Assembly: GCF_009914755.1 (NCBI RefSeq)
Contig: NC_060926.1
Strand: one strand, 5' to 3'
Origin: the human T2T-CHM13v2.0 reference genome, Homo sapiens
Length of the DNA stretch: 64,000 nt
A program made the translations under genes and the position numbers. The notes beneath the pieces were generated by a model. The model worked only from the letters and a program-made list of their open reading frames with translations, did not search any database and had not been told where the DNA came from. Shown one piece after another: positions 27,383 through 42,515 of the stretch (within the stretch, counting starts at the first letter, position 1; every line of letters starts with the position of its first letter).

Positions 27383-29599
27383 CTCTAGGAAACTTAACTC
27401 ACAGATATGACCAAGTGAGCTCTCACTTGGTGAACGTTAGGATGAGAACCATGTCTTCTGGTTTCTAGGCGGGGGAGTTTTCTACTAAAATTTACTGAAA
27501 ACCCCTTGAAAGGATAAAAACAAGTTTGAGGTTTCCTCCAAAATAAACAACTTTGGTGAACTATATTCTGTGGCAAATCCTTTATTTTGTTCAGTAATGG
27601 AAGATAAAAATGCATTTTCTGAGCAATATCCACAAATTGAACATGCCATTCACTTAGGGTCCCTGGGAGTAATGCCATCGCTTTGATATCATCTCACATA
27701 GGCACAACCTTTTCCTGACTTCTGTTTGAGTCACTCCTATTTTTAAGTAGAGGTTTACAGGGACCAGAAAGGCACAAGGGCAACAGTGAAAGCTGTACCA
27801 TCCATCTCCAACACACTGACCAGCCCTGGCCTTGGCTTTCTTAAATTTCTTTCAATTGACACTGTTTCTTTTTAAAGGTGATCCAGTGGGCTGAAGGTTT
27901 AGGAACCTGTACACTGGAAATTGCTTGACAAAATGTCATTGAAGCTATTTGTATACTTGTGAAAAGCTACAGCCAGCTTGCTAAGAACCTACTCTGCTTT
28001 AAGAAATATGTGTCACTTTGTCAGAGTAATAAAAACAGGGGCTATGTATTCTCAGTTTTTAATAGCAAAGGGTCATGCAAGTAATGTGCCCCTTTGCTTC
28101 CATTGACTGTCTTTTTCTTTAAATGTTCCACAAAAGAAAGCAATGGAAGTTGACTTTAATACTTTTAAATTATCTTTAAAATTCAAAGCAGAAAATGCCC
28201 AGTATTTAGTTTTAATTTTTATATGCTTGCTTGTAGAAGCATACATGAATATGAGCGTGAGAGCAGACAATAAGATCTCTACCACGCTTAGCATACAACA
28301 AAACCTCATGACTGTTGTTTTAAAGAAACTGTACCCTCATGATTGTCTTACTTTATTATCACTTGCTTCTGCTTGAGTTAACTTGTGCTTGACTCTCTTA
28401 ATTTATTTCACCAGATCTATATCATCTTCTAAAAGAATAAAAAATGCTCAAAATTGTTTTTCTCTGTTTGCCCTACTTGGAGGTCTAGGACTATAAGTTT
28501 GTTTTTTAAGGACATTCTTCTCTTGCCTACTGTGCACACGAAAGGGATCTATGCTAGTGAGCTATATACGTCGCTAAGACCCTAAAAGTTCATGGCCATG
28601 AAGATAAGAGGATCTTGCAGTAAGGTGTCAGAAAATCCAATAACTGGAACGAAAGAAAAGAAACAGAAAGGAAGATGGGATGGAACAAAATAACAGTTTA
28701 TGAGGAAAGGAGCTTAAGTAGGTGAAAGTCTAGAATCCCAAGGGTGGGAGACTAAAAAGGGAGACTTCAAAGAAATAACTCAGTTATCAGATGATGAGAA
28801 GAACTCAAACCCAAATACTGACACACCTGTCAATGACTCAAAGCTTCTTACTCAACACAGAAAATGCAGGGCATGTCTATTAGACAAAGAGGTGGATTTA
28901 TTATCATTATTTTTTCATTTTGCTTAAAGAAAGACACTGAAATAACTTCTCTTCCAGAGTGTACTCCAATTATACTAATATCATTGAAAATATTTTAGTA
29001 TATTTTTGGATTTATCTTCAGAGTTTGTCAAATAGTTCATTCATTCATTCATCCATTCATTCATTCACTCACTATGTCTTTAAGGAAAATTTACTATGTC
29101 AGATTGCATGTCAGACACTTTCATTGCGCTTGAGAATTTCACAATCCTATATGCTAAATATATTCAAAATTTCTAAATTTTGGGGTCAAGCGATTTTTAA
29201 CACATAACCAGAAGTTAAGAGTTCAAAAGAGGAAAACTGTGATAACCAAGCTGAATAACAACATCTTGGGTCACAATAAGTAATAAAATTGACTTTTCTT
29301 TGCTGGTTCCTACACAATCGGGGAAGGAAATGTACCAAAATATTTTAAGAAATGGCGTCATCACTGAAATCAGTGTAATTTTATGAAAGCACTGTTTAAA
29401 GGCCAATCCTCTTCTGAGTGAATAATTCAAGGGAAAAATACCCAGTGAATATCTGTCACATACCAGTACCTGTAATGTACAATACACTCTCAGGGTCAAT
29501 ATGTATGAAGTGCAGCCTTTGCTGTTAGGAAACTTATGTCCTAATAGAAAATAATTATAGTTAATCATAATATAGGACAAATTTAAGCACCACATCTAT

Positions 29600-30450
29600 T
29601 CTTACTATTAGCAAATCTCATTAAGTAGTTTGTTTCTGGCATTGTTCTGTGGACGCACTGATAAAATGTGTCCTGTGACTTCAAGGAACTCATACTATAG
29701 TGAAGGCACAAAAAAGTAAAAAACACAATCTCCATGCTGTGTGTTGAGGGCCAGTTCAGAGCATGCTGCAAGCTTGTAGGAGAGGAACAGGAGCCAGTCC
29801 AGGGGAAGCTTCTTAGAGGAGCTCTGAAAGAGAATGAGAGCAAGCCCTGTGGTAGGAAGGGCACATTTCAGGCAGATGAGTGAATAAAGGAGTAGAGAGG
29901 AAGGTCTGTTTGAGGAGCTGGTATAGCAGGGGCAGGATTTTACTATTTTGTGTGTATATGTGGAGAGGGGACAAAAGCACTAGGAGAGAAGAGGAGAGAC
30001 TGCAGAGATAACCAGGTACCAAGTCATGAAGGTCCCACAGGCCCTGATGTGGAGTCCAGCCTTTGTCAGGCTGGCAAAAATGCTATAGACAATTCTCTAT
30101 GGGAGTTCCACAGAGGAATGACTTTCAGTTGCTGTGGGTTCTTTTTGTTTTAGGGGAACTTTTGCCAGTATGATTGATATTTAACTTTAAGATAGGCAGG
30201 CCTGCTGGGTGCAGAGGGAAAAAACACAAAGGACTAGGCTGCATTTAGGCACAGAAACTAAAGGTAGTAACTGGTTGGAAAGAAGTGAGAGAAAGCAAGA
30301 GATTATGGGCAGGCAGGCTAAGGGGCTAAAAGTTATTCCATTGTCAATTAAGAGAGCTTGAACCTGGAAGAACAGAAAACTAGTAGCGTCACTGACAGGA
30401 AAAACAAAATAAAACAGAAAACAAACACAAAAATGACAAAAGCAGAGATA
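29600..30450 (-). mobile_element. L2 fragment
   Basis: ggcattgttctg...gtcctgtgacttcaaggaactcatactatagtg and a purine-rich antisense body. Confidence 0.6.
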
Positions 30451-30495
30451 AGAAAGAGGAGAGGAATAAAAGCTCCCTTTAGAAAGAACAATGAA

Positions 30496-30859
<364 letters not shown>

Positions 30860-30919
30860 CTAGGATTCATGACCACAGGTACTAGGATGGTAAGTACTGA
30901 AAACGTAATGCTAGCTTAC

Positions 30920-31076
30920 CACCTCCTTTTGATGTGTTTTGCATGCCTGCCAGTTTGTAGAAAAAGCCATCTGTCCACTAAGAGATCTATTCAGAGCACC
31001 AAAGAGTTTCATAAAGGCTAATTTGGGTTATCAGCTTCCAAGCACAATCAACCCAAGCTAAGCCTTCTTACATCAC
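30920..31076 (-). other. Candidate 157-nt non-coding cassette exon
   Basis: Acceptor tgctgtcttcctcag|G at 31077/31076; donor GTG|GTAAGC at 30920/30919; stop codons in all three frames. Confidence 0.35.
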
Positions 31077-31250
31077 CTGAGGAAGACAGCATCTGTCCCC
31101 ACAACCCTCCTCACAACACCTTTTTTTCCCCGCAATGGGAAACATCTGAACACCATAGTCATTCATTCTGAAATGACCGCAGTTTGGAGTAGTTAATTTC
31201 TATATTGATCAGAGTTTTTACAGCAGACGAATATGTATATGTGTGAATTT

Positions 31251-31272
31251 GTGTGTGTGTGTGTGTGTGTGT
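31251..31272. repeat. (GT)11 microsatellite
   Basis: Direct reading. Confidence 0.95.
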
Positions 31273-31371
31273 TTAACCAAGTAGGGGTTGGTTAAACATA
31301 TATATATATATGTGTTGGGAAATTTCCACCCAAAAATATAAAACAAACAGGTCCTTTAAAAATGTAGCTTA

Positions 31372-31663
31372 GGCTGGGCACAGTGGCTCACGCCTGTAAT
31401 CCCAGCACTTTAGGAGGCTGAGGTGGGTGGATCACCAGGTCAGGAGTTCAAGATCAGCTTGGTCAGCATGGTGAAACCCCATCTCTATTAAAAATACAAA
31501 AATTAGCCCAGCGTGGTGACGGGTGCCTGTAATCCCACCTACTAGGGAGGCTGAGGCAGAGAATTCCTTGAACCCGGGAGGCAGAGGTTGGAGTGAGCTG
31601 AGATCACGCCACTGCACTCCAGTCTGGGCAATAGAATAAGACTCCGTCGCAAAAAAAAAAAAA
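31372..31663 (+). mobile_element. AluS, full length
   Basis: ggctgggcacagtggctcacgcctgtaatcccagcac...dimer with an A13 tail. Confidence 0.95.
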
Positions 31664-33339
31664 GCAGTTTAGCTCTGTTGGTAAGGTAAACTCATGCCAA
31701 CATCTTTTCACTGTCACTTTTGGCTAACTGACCAACAGTCCTAAATAATCTATTAAGTTATTAGTGAACAGAAAAGCAAGTCATTTGAGAGAGGTTGCTT
31801 AAAATTAACTGAACTTGCCTTGATTTTTGTAGATGGTAAAAAGCCACATTTATGCAGCAATATCTGGAATTATGCTGCTTCAGAAAAAAGGAAAATGGCT
31901 GTGAAAACCTTAGTGTACCCTATGTGTTACATCTGTGAACCCAGCCACAGTATCATATCGGTTTTGTTAGAGCAGTGGTATTTGCTAAATTGGAGCAGGA
32001 GACAGGTTATTATTTTTCCCTCCTTTTTGGCTACTTAGATCAAAAGAAAGGTGTACACTTTATTTTTAATCCTATTACTTCACATGAGCTCAGACAGAAC
32101 ATCAAAGACAAGGTGGGCAGGTTTAACCATTAGCATCAACATATTCTAAAGTTGAAAATCTCTTCCAGATAGCTACCTCACTTTGAAACAGACCACATTT
32201 GTGTTGCTCAGAGTCAATATTACTCTCTACTGTATTTTAATTTTTACCATGCTTAAAAAAAATACATACATATATATATACACATAAGATATGTGATTTT
32301 GCCCTATAGCATGCAAGCATACTTTTGTAGGACAATCTAATATTATTAGAATAAAATGTAATTCACATATACTTTTTTTTTCAGTTGGCTCAGCCGTCCA
32401 TCTCAATTTCATAAAAGGGAGGAAAGTGAATCAAATGCAGTTGCAAATCTTATTTGAGGAGGGCCATGCTTCCCCACATCTGAAGTCTATTGAAAGCTCA
32501 TGAGTAAGAACTTGGGGAGCAAATCCCTTCTGTTCAAAAGACGTGTCAGTGGAGAAATTCTCACAAAATAGCACACAATTCATCAAAAATCATGTATTTT
32601 TTTCCCCAAGCCAGGTAATAAAAGTTACAGTTCTGAATTCTTTTTCTAAGAGGAACTAAATCTAAGTATGTAAAGTAATTCATAAAGATTTTGCATTAGA
32701 AAACATACCATATGCAGTAGAGATATCAAAAATATCTAATAACTAGATAACCCAGGCACCAGATAATCAGAATGAACAAAGGCAAAATAAATGATACAGA
32801 TGTACTGGTGTACAGTCCTGGCTTTAAGAATGTCCAAAATTCTTAAATGAAATAAAGCTGGTTTTGTGGAAGTATGTGGTGGTTGACTTGAGATTTCCTG
32901 GTGACATAATTATCATCAAGACACTAGAGCAAGTACAAATGTTTATTAGGTTTCTAACACTTGCATTGCATTTGTCATTAGTCTGTGGAGATACAAGGAG
33001 TTATATATGTATGAGACAGCAACTGTGCCTTCATGACTCCTCCACAGGCAAGTCAGACTGTAGTTATACTCAAATACTTGAACATATATAAAAGTAACCC
33101 ATGCTTACTGCTAAAGAGGGGCACAACCCACAAATGCTAGAGAAATTTTAAAGACGAAGTTCCACTTCAGCACTAGGGAAAAATGGACTTATTTTATGGA
33201 GATGGGAGAAGTTGAATTCACACTTAAAGTACAGTCTGGTCTTAAGTAAGAACTGAGGAGAGGATGGCATTTCAGGAAAAATAGAATGTTGAATGTCTAC
33301 ATCGGAAGTGTGTGTGTGGTATGAAATCAAATTACCTAC

Positions 33340-33500
33340 ATTTAACCTTCGCAGGAAATGTCTTTGACTTTTATTTTGCCAATAAGAAAATTAAGGCTCA
33401 AGGAGATTAAATAACCTGTTTAACACCACACATCTAACGAAGCAGAAGATGCAAGATTTGAATCCAGATGTAGTCCATTTAAGTTCATGTTCTTTCCACA
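33340..33500 (-). mobile_element. MIR
   Basis: aataagaaaattaaggctcaaggagattaaataacctg...gatttgaatccaga. Confidence 0.65.
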
Positions 33501-34407
33501 ATATCCCGGTGCATCAACTAGAAGGCATAATGCAGGGAGCAAAGCAGAAAGTTAGAAAGAAATGTGGATAACATACTTGGAGAGTCATGAATGTATCCAC
33601 TGGAGTTTGGGGGTTGGGGGAATATGAGAGAGGAGGCAGGCAGGGAGGGACTACCACTTTTCCTGGCTGACCGAGTAGTGTGGCTTTCATTTATAAGTAT
33701 TAGTTGTAACTAACAAACAACTTAATGTAACAGGGCTATACTAAGTGGTGTTTTCAGAAGGTTGATTTAGCCATAATGCATAGGAAGGACTAAGTGTGCA
33801 GGAAGAGAGAGGAAGGAGGTCAAGGCTGGAAACAGCAAACAGAGAAGATCCTTACACTACTCCAAAAGTAAGGCAAAGGGGGTTTTTGTCATGTTAGCTC
33901 CAGCAAAAATTGAAGAGAGAGCCAAATGTGAGTTCCATTTTCTACATGGCTACAATATATAGTTGCTGTTGATCTTAGAACTTTGAAATAATCAAATCTG
34001 ATGCTGCTATGAACTATTAGATTTAACAACTTCATACAAGCTAAAGGAGACTATCTCCCAAACACAGAAATAAGTGAAGGCCTGTCCTCTAGAGTTACAT
34101 AAGGAGAATCATAACCAATTTCTACTATCAGGCTCTCTGCAGGAACATAAATAAACAGGCAACTTACTAACACTATCAAATAACAACATTTAAGACTCAG
34201 GATGAATAGATTTGATATTGAATAATGAGAAATGATGCTAATATTATCAGATCAAAAGGCCACGTTAATTTTACAGAGAGATGACAGTTTCATATTTGGA
34301 CAAAAGGAAATAGCTAAATAAGAAATAGTAAAGGTTAATAAACTAAGGACTTTTTTGTTATGTTTTTCATTATTGTTTTTAATAAAAGGTTAGATATGAT
34401 CCACTAT

Positions 34408-34555
34408 TTTGTTTTTGTTTGAGATGGGGCTTTGTTCTGTCATACAGACCATAAGCGCAGTGGTGTGATCAGAGCTCACTGCAGCCTCAAACCCCTGGGC
34501 TCAAGCAATCCTCTTGAATAGCTGGAACTATGGGCGCATGCCACCATGGCTGGCT
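34408..34555 (-). mobile_element. FRAM/AluJ-type monomer with an internal deletion
   Basis: gagatggggc...gctcactgcagcctcaaacccctgggctcaagcaatcctc; flanking repeat gatccactatt on both sides. Confidence 0.8.
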
Positions 34556-35005
34556 CATATAGGATCCACTATTGTATCAAAAATCTACATCTACTTCTGC
34601 AGCACTATTAAATGAGATACAACATAAAACCATTTTTCTAAATAAGTATATTAAGATTATATAATATGATACAGTATGATTTTAAGAAGTCATCTAAAAC
34701 AAGTTCAGTGACTACTTAATTCCACATTGAGTAGAGCAGTTTTCTGATAACTAGTGTCATTGTTGTCTCTTTACATTTCTAACAAAATATTCTATGATCT
34801 CACATAATTTCCAGCATTATTTTTTGTCAAATATTTAATATTTATTTCATTATGAAGATTAACGGTACTTATGAAGAAAGGATAATTTGTTCAGAAAACC
34901 ACATGTGGAGTATTGGATAATCTGGACTCATCTTGCTTATGCATATCACATTAGCTAATTGAACACTAAAGTGGCTTTCTGTCACCCTATATAGATTAAG
35001 ATTTT

Positions 35006-35333
<328 letters not shown>

Positions 35334-36824
35334 CTATCCATCTATTTGTCCCAAACTAACTTTCTTGGTAGAGACACGGTAAGGCATCTAATCCTTTTAC
35401 TCAAAACACAACATGAAAGTAATAAGATAAAAAGAAAAAAGTTAACTACTTAACTGAAAATTGTAGTTCTTGGTTAACTTAGAAAATTTTAGTGACAAGG
35501 CATCAGGATTCCTTTTGCATATATACTGTACAGCTGACCCTATCTCTGTGTATACCTAAATGAAGCTCTCTCTACCTACCTACCTACCTCTCTAATTCAG
35601 ATGAGAAATCAAGCAGTCAGACCAGATTAACATGCTTTCTAAAGTAACTATTAACTATGACAGCAACACGTGCAAGTGGATATTTGCTGCTATCTAATCA
35701 TATTTTATGGTAGCGCCCTTCAAGAGTTTATTATTCTTATCTATTCTTACCAGTACATTACTATTATGGTTAGAAAGAGACAATTATAAGGAAATTGACA
35801 TTTGCTTTTCATTTTGAAAACATACTTCACATTGTTGAAGTTAACCTGATGTGCCATCAAGAGATGGAAAAACAACCCATTATCAACCACACAACAATGT
35901 AAAGCAATTGTAACTTGCAAAAAGTTATTATTTAACTATTGAAGAAATTACCAAATCATTCTTTGCCATTTGATTAATTGCTGGGAAGCTCACTGAGTCT
36001 TTGAAGAAAGAAATAGGCTAGTGTTCCAAACCAGATGATAGAATGCTATTTCTCACATTGGTTTGAAATCTGTTTTAACAGAGTGAAGACACAAAGTACG
36101 TACTAAGTGTCCAGTGGATTGCCTCACCAGATTAGCTGCTGAAAAGAAATAATACAGAGGACCCAGGGTGGGGGTGGTCAACAAATTCATGTGGAGCTAG
36201 ATGCCCATACCTCAAACAACTAGGGAGTAACATTATACATAATACAGCCAAGTGATCAGCTCAGCAATTAATATACATGGACTATAGGAATTCAGAGAAG
36301 GGAAAGAACAATGTAGGATGGAGTAGCTCGTGACAATTACATGCCAAATGTAGAAAACAGGCTTTCCTCTGTCCTTTTTCTTTCAGATATTCACCCACTT
36401 AACAAATATTTACTGAGATCATACTACAAGCTAGGAGCAGAGGTAAAACAGGTAGAAAGGTCTCTACAGTGTCTATAGGCTATCAGAGAGTGGTGGGGCT
36501 GTGTGGATGGTGATTAAAACAATAATTACACAAATAAATTATTAAAATTGAGATTATATAAAAAGAGTATCACATTTGTAGAGAGAAAAAATGCAGCTTT
36601 AATGTATATATCATGGATAACATCATGCTCCTATAAAATAAACCAAATGGTTGAAAAGTCCTACTATGATTTAACTTTACTTCATTAGGTATCGACCTAT
36701 GATCCTAGATCAGTGGTACAAAGGAGTGCCACGGCCCTGAACTCCCTTCATCTACTCCCTCCCACTACCTTATCTCCCCAACCCCCACCAACCCTGCTCC
36801 CCCGCATGCACATGCTTGTGTGCG

Positions 36825-36860
36825 CACACACATGCATACACACACACACACACACACACA
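36825..36860. repeat. Compound (CA)n microsatellite
   Basis: cacacacatgcatacacacacacacacacacacaca. Confidence 0.9.
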
Positions 36861-38799
36861 GAGGTCTTATCTGTGATAAACATTTTCACATAGGAACATC
36901 TATGGTATAGCTCATAGTTAAAGTGATGAGGTAGCTAAATCTTCAGAAGAAAGTGGAGAGACAGTTTGCCTACTGGTGATAGCATTTGCTGTAGCTATTC
37001 CTGGCATTGGGCAACACATGTTTTTAATAAACTTGTAAAAACAGTGTAGATCTAGCTGTAAATATGTTTTGCTTGGTAATGTATGCTGAATATAATGATT
37101 AGATTGACAGTTGTTGGGTTTTTCTCCCCTAAAAAAATCACTATACAATACAAAGAGAAATAGTTTGAATGATGAGGCCCAAAACAGTATCATGATACCA
37201 ATACTGTGTTGATAATTACTGTTTATGACAAGTCAATTTACACCAAAAACATGCTGCTGTTTTCCTTGTTCACAGCATTACACGTTTTGTTTAGTCTCAT
37301 AGAAATATCTAACTCCATGTGAAGTAGCCTATATCTATAATTAGAACTAAGCCTCACACAATCGGATGCCTGTCAATATTGTGGCAAGCAGCTTAAAAAT
37401 AGAACAAAAACTGAAGTTACTGATACGAGTTGTGGAAACTACTTTTAGAGCAATATATTTATTTTAATTTTCACTATTATCAATAAAATGCAATGGCCAG
37501 AAAAAGATATGTAAATAATTGGTAAAAATAAGGAAATGGAATAAAATAATGAGCATTATCTACTAATAGAACCCTAACCTTTAGTGAGCAAAATCCAAAC
37601 TTGGCATGTCTTTGAAAAACTTTACATACACATTCAACAGCAACTTTCTGAGATTTTAAACTTTGCTTCCTAGTACTAATAGACATAGTCTATACAAACC
37701 CATTACTTGTCAAAATGGCTCTTTTTTGTTAGGCTGAAGAATTATTGCGGGGTTCCCATTCAGAATAGAGTCATACATAATGTCAGCAGCCTAATAATGT
37801 CTCATGTAAACATCAGAGACCAATATTTCTTAGATTTGGAATGTCTGAGCTAAATACTATATTAGTTTTACTAAGATAAATCTATTATGTTTACATTTCT
37901 AGATATAATTAAGCCACCTATTTAGTAAAGATATAGCAGGCACATAGTAAGTTTATAATTGGTATTGCAGACGTGGGAAAGAAGGAAGAAATAAAGAGTT
38001 ATAAAACAAATTTCTGTCTTCCGGAAGCCCACAATCTAGAGCATTTACATAGAACAACAAATCTATATATTTTATTATCAAATAATAATACCTAGATTTC
38101 AAATTAAGTCCTCCTCAAAATTAATACAAATTAATTCCAAAGGCTTTGTATTTCTTCCATTGTCGTATTTTTGTTTCTCTGCTGACAAAACAGAACTAAG
38201 AGATCTTTCATTAAATTAACTCTATGTAGACAATAAGGTAAATTGTTAGAGCATGACAACTACCTTGAAATTTTAGATGGGATGTCAAAAGAAAAATGTC
38301 CTATATGTTGCCAAAGGGCAGCGGCAGGAACGGTGAAAAAAAAAACAATAAAAAGAGAGATTTTGGCTCCAGGGAAAAATGAATTCTAATAATCAGAGTT
38401 GCCCAAAAATAAATCAGCTGCCTTACTAGGTAATGAGTTTCCAACTACTAAATGAGGCAAGTTTTAGCTGGGCATCTACTTGGTGGGGCTGGTGTAGAGA
38501 GTATTAAAAGAGTTGAGAGGAGTTGCTTTTATGATACAATGGATTAAATGTTAGCAATAATGATAACAGTAATGGTAACAGATTTATAAGGCATACAATT
38601 TGAAATCAGACACAAAAAGGGCAATTGATTTTTTTCTAAATTCATTTTTTCCTTCATTCTTGTTTTAAATGACAATAACTGAGGCTTAACAGTTTACCTA
38701 ATTCTTATAGAAATCTGTAAGTCTTTCCAAAAATAGATTTAAACCTTTTGTCAGTAGTCAGCTGTGTTGGTGAAGTTGGTTTATTTTCCTTTCAGTCAG

Positions 38800-38821
38800 C
38801 ACACACACACACACACACACA
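38800..38821. repeat. (CA)11 microsatellite
   Basis: Direct reading. Confidence 0.95.
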
Positions 38822-38825
38822 TTTA

Positions 38826-38985
38826 TTGCTATGTAAATAGTTGTTATACTATATTTTTTAGGGAATTATGACAAGAAAAAAGTCTGTACATGTTCAGTAC
38901 AGACGCACTTTTTTAATGGAATATTTTTGATCTGTAGTTGGTTGAATCATGAATGCAGAACACACAAATATAAAGGGTTAACTAT
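38826..38985 (+). mobile_element. MER2 (Tigger-family) fragment
   Basis: tgctatgtaaatagttgttatact...gtctgtacatgttcagtacagacgc...gttggttgaatc...atgcagaac. Confidence 0.8.
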
Positions 38986-39266
38986 ATCTTTAGGAAAGTC
39001 AACTGTAAATGTGATTATTAAGTTGTAGAACATGCACATTACAAATTTTGTTAGAAGCTGCCTAGTTGTCCAATGATAGTTGTATCATTATATTGAGTAT
39101 GAAAATACCCATTTATTTCCTCATGACCTTACCAACATTAGGTGTTATTGCTCTTATTATTTTATTGATCTAATAGTTAAGATATATATGCATATTACTT
39201 ACATACGGTTTATATAGTTTTTGGGGTGTGTGTGTGTGTGTGTATGCACATATATATAAGCTTTGT

Positions 39267-39557
39267 AGCCAGGTGTGTTGGCTCATACCTATAACCCTAG
39301 CACTTCGGGAGGCCAAAGTAGGAGGACTACTTGAGGCCAAGAGTTTGAGACCAACCTGGTCATTATGGTGAGACCTCATCTCTACAAACATTTTTTTTTT
39401 TAAATAAGCCAGGTATGGTTGTACGCATCTTTACTACCAGCTACTCTGGATGGCTTGAGCCCAGGAGTTCAAGGCTGTAGTGAACGATGATCATGCTACT
39501 AAACTCCAGCCTGAGTGACAGTGAGACTTTGTCTCTAACAACAATAACAACAACAAC
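39267..39557 (+). mobile_element. AluJ
   Basis: Diverged dimer with J-type gagcccaggagttcaaggctgtagtga; (CAA)n tail; short internal deletion in the right arm. Confidence 0.9.
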
Positions 39558-39569
39558 TTTGCATTTTCC

Positions 39570-40430
39570 TGATCGCTACTATGTACAAGGTATCACGAAT
39601 AGAGCATGAGAGTTGCAAAAGAGAACATACGTTACTCCTGATAATCCAGTTGATGAGATTAAAAATACACATAAAAAGAGGGTGGATGATACAAAGCAGA
39701 GTAAGAGTCGAATTGAGAGAGAAAATGCTTCATGAAGAAGTAGAAAGCACTGTGAGCTGAAATGGCTGCAGATTTGGGAGAGCAGGAAGGATCTGAACGA
39801 AACTACAAGAATGGGCAAGACACTGAAGGGCAAAGAAAAGGCGGAGGGGCAGTCTAGATGGGAAGGAATGGCTACCATGCTGGTGCTAGAGCAGTTTTGC
39901 TAAAGTGGAAGATGGAAGTAGGAGAAACAGGTTCAACTTTACTCTCTCTTACATTGCTTTATTTTTCTTCAGATCACTTTTAATTAACCCCAAATTATAT
40001 AATTATACTTATACATTATATGGGTACACATTTCCTTGTTTATTGCCTGTGTTCTTACTGCCCCAAATGGGGCGACTGAGTTGTCTTGTTCACTGCTGTA
40101 ACTCCAGAAACCGAACAGTGCCAGCACATTGTAGGCCCCCAGTAAAGGGTTTGCTGAAGAAATGAATGTTATTCTGAGGACGCTCAGGAGTCAGAAATGT
40201 TAAAGAGTCTGGATTTATGGAATTTATATGGAAACTTGGAAATGATAACAGGATAAAACTGGGGCTGTGAGGTGATGAAATACAAGGGTGTTTGTGAGAA
40301 TTTAGTCTGGTTGTGCTATGCAGGATGAAGTAATCTACTGGCAAAACCAGAAGGCCAGCAAGGAGATTACTGCAATATTGCGGGGTTAAGAAAACTAAGT
40401 GAAGAGACGAGCAAAAAGACCTGGTAACTA
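39570..40430. mobile_element. Mosaic of L2 fragments (antisense-sense-antisense)
   Basis: Sense 3' end cttgttcactgctgtaactccag...gtgccagcacattgtagg...aaatgaatg (about 39940-40167) flanked by purine-rich antisense L2-like text. Confidence 0.5.
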
Positions 40431-40439
40431 ATTGACTAA

Positions 40440-40660
40440 TAGTAGTTAGCATAAATTAGTCCTTAATATGTGCTTGCTTTGTAACAAGTACTGCACATAC
40501 ATTTATTTAGTCTTGTGAGATAGGTATTATCATTCCAGTTTTTAAAATGAGGAAACTGAGACACAGAAAGGTTAAGTAACTCACCTAAAGCCACATAGCT
40601 AGTAAATCATCCAGCAGGAATCATTTTTGATTCTGTGTCTGTAAAGTCTGTGTGCTTTCC
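40440..40660 (-). mobile_element. MIR
   Basis: taggtattatcattccagtttt...atgaggaaactgagacacagaaaggttaagtaactcacc. Confidence 0.85.
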
Positions 40661-40661
40661 T

Positions 40662-41006
<345 letters not shown>

Positions 41007-41098
41007 TGATCCTGGTCATGCACTGATACTCCACATACATATCGATGTCCAAACTGGTATTCCCAAGAAAAAAGAAAATGATCAAGCATGTGCTAGGT

Positions 41099-41325
41099 CA
41101 GTGTTTTCATGACCAATTAATGGATCATAAAATCAATTTAGTGAGTCATGATCAGCATTTTAAAAAGAAATGAAATAAATAAGAGGAAAAGAAAACATTA
41201 AAAAGAACTACCCATAGTACTATTTCATGAAACTTTTGTTTCAGATAAATGTACATATATGTACCAGATCACAGTGTTAAATGTACTGTGGGTTGGAGTA
41301 AAAAAACAAACTTTGAAAGTCACTG
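41099..41325. mobile_element. hAT-Charlie MITE (MER20B-like)
   Basis: TIRs cagtgttttca / tgaaagtcactg; diverged 8-bp TSD tgctaggt / tgccagat. Confidence 0.65.
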
Positions 41326-41923
41326 TGCCAGATCATCTATTGCCAATCTTATGTAAAAATAAAAATTTAGCTGGTTATCTGCAAAGGGGTAGAGGACTAG
41401 AACATAAAATCATAAGATACTCTTAGGTTTGGTAAAATAATGGCACAAACCTATATACACACACTTTTTATTATTCAGTATATTATTATATCCTCAGCTG
41501 CTATGACAATAATAAGCATGTTTTGTTGAACGCTTAGAAACTTAGTAACAGTACCTTCTACCTGAATGAAGCATCAGTGAGTTTATCAAGTACTTCACAA
41601 ATCACATCCTTATAACATCCTGATATTGTTTCCATGCTTATTCTCAGAATAAATCATTTGTGGTTCAGAGTGGCAGAGACAGGACTTGAAACCAGAGTTT
41701 CTGCCTCCAACTCCACTCTCCTCCTTCCAGCACAGCAGACCTGCTGCTTCTGGACGTCATTTAGCCAAGGCCAGATTGAGGGTCTACAAACATTTCGCCT
41801 TTCAGCATATTCAGGAGCCTTAAGTCACCCCACTCTGCATCAAGGAATTAGAAACAAACAAACAATGTTAGGCAGATCTGTACCCTAGCCACTCCACCAA
41901 AAAACAATGTTAAAACAAAACCT

Positions 41924-42324
<401 letters not shown>

Positions 42325-42389
42325 CTAATAAAAATGATTATAAAAAGAGAACTACAAACAGAATTCTACTTTCCCATAGACCTCTGTAG

Positions 42390-42515
42390 CCCCCAGAATG
42401 TAAGAGCTGGTAGATACCTTGCGGATCATTTAGCCCAGCTTCTCATTTGTAGAAGAGGTAACGGAAGCCCACAGAGGTTAAGTGGGTGAGCCTGAAGTCA
42501 CATGAGTAGCAGAAC
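42390..42515 (-). mobile_element. MIR/MIR3 fragment
   Basis: agagctggtagataccttgcggatcatttagcc...gaggtaacggaagcccacagaggttaagtg. Confidence 0.65.

Noticed and set aside
27845-28040. Plus-strand acceptor at 27877 with AATAAA about 150 nt later
   Set aside because: Both motifs are common in AT-rich DNA and nothing else supports them
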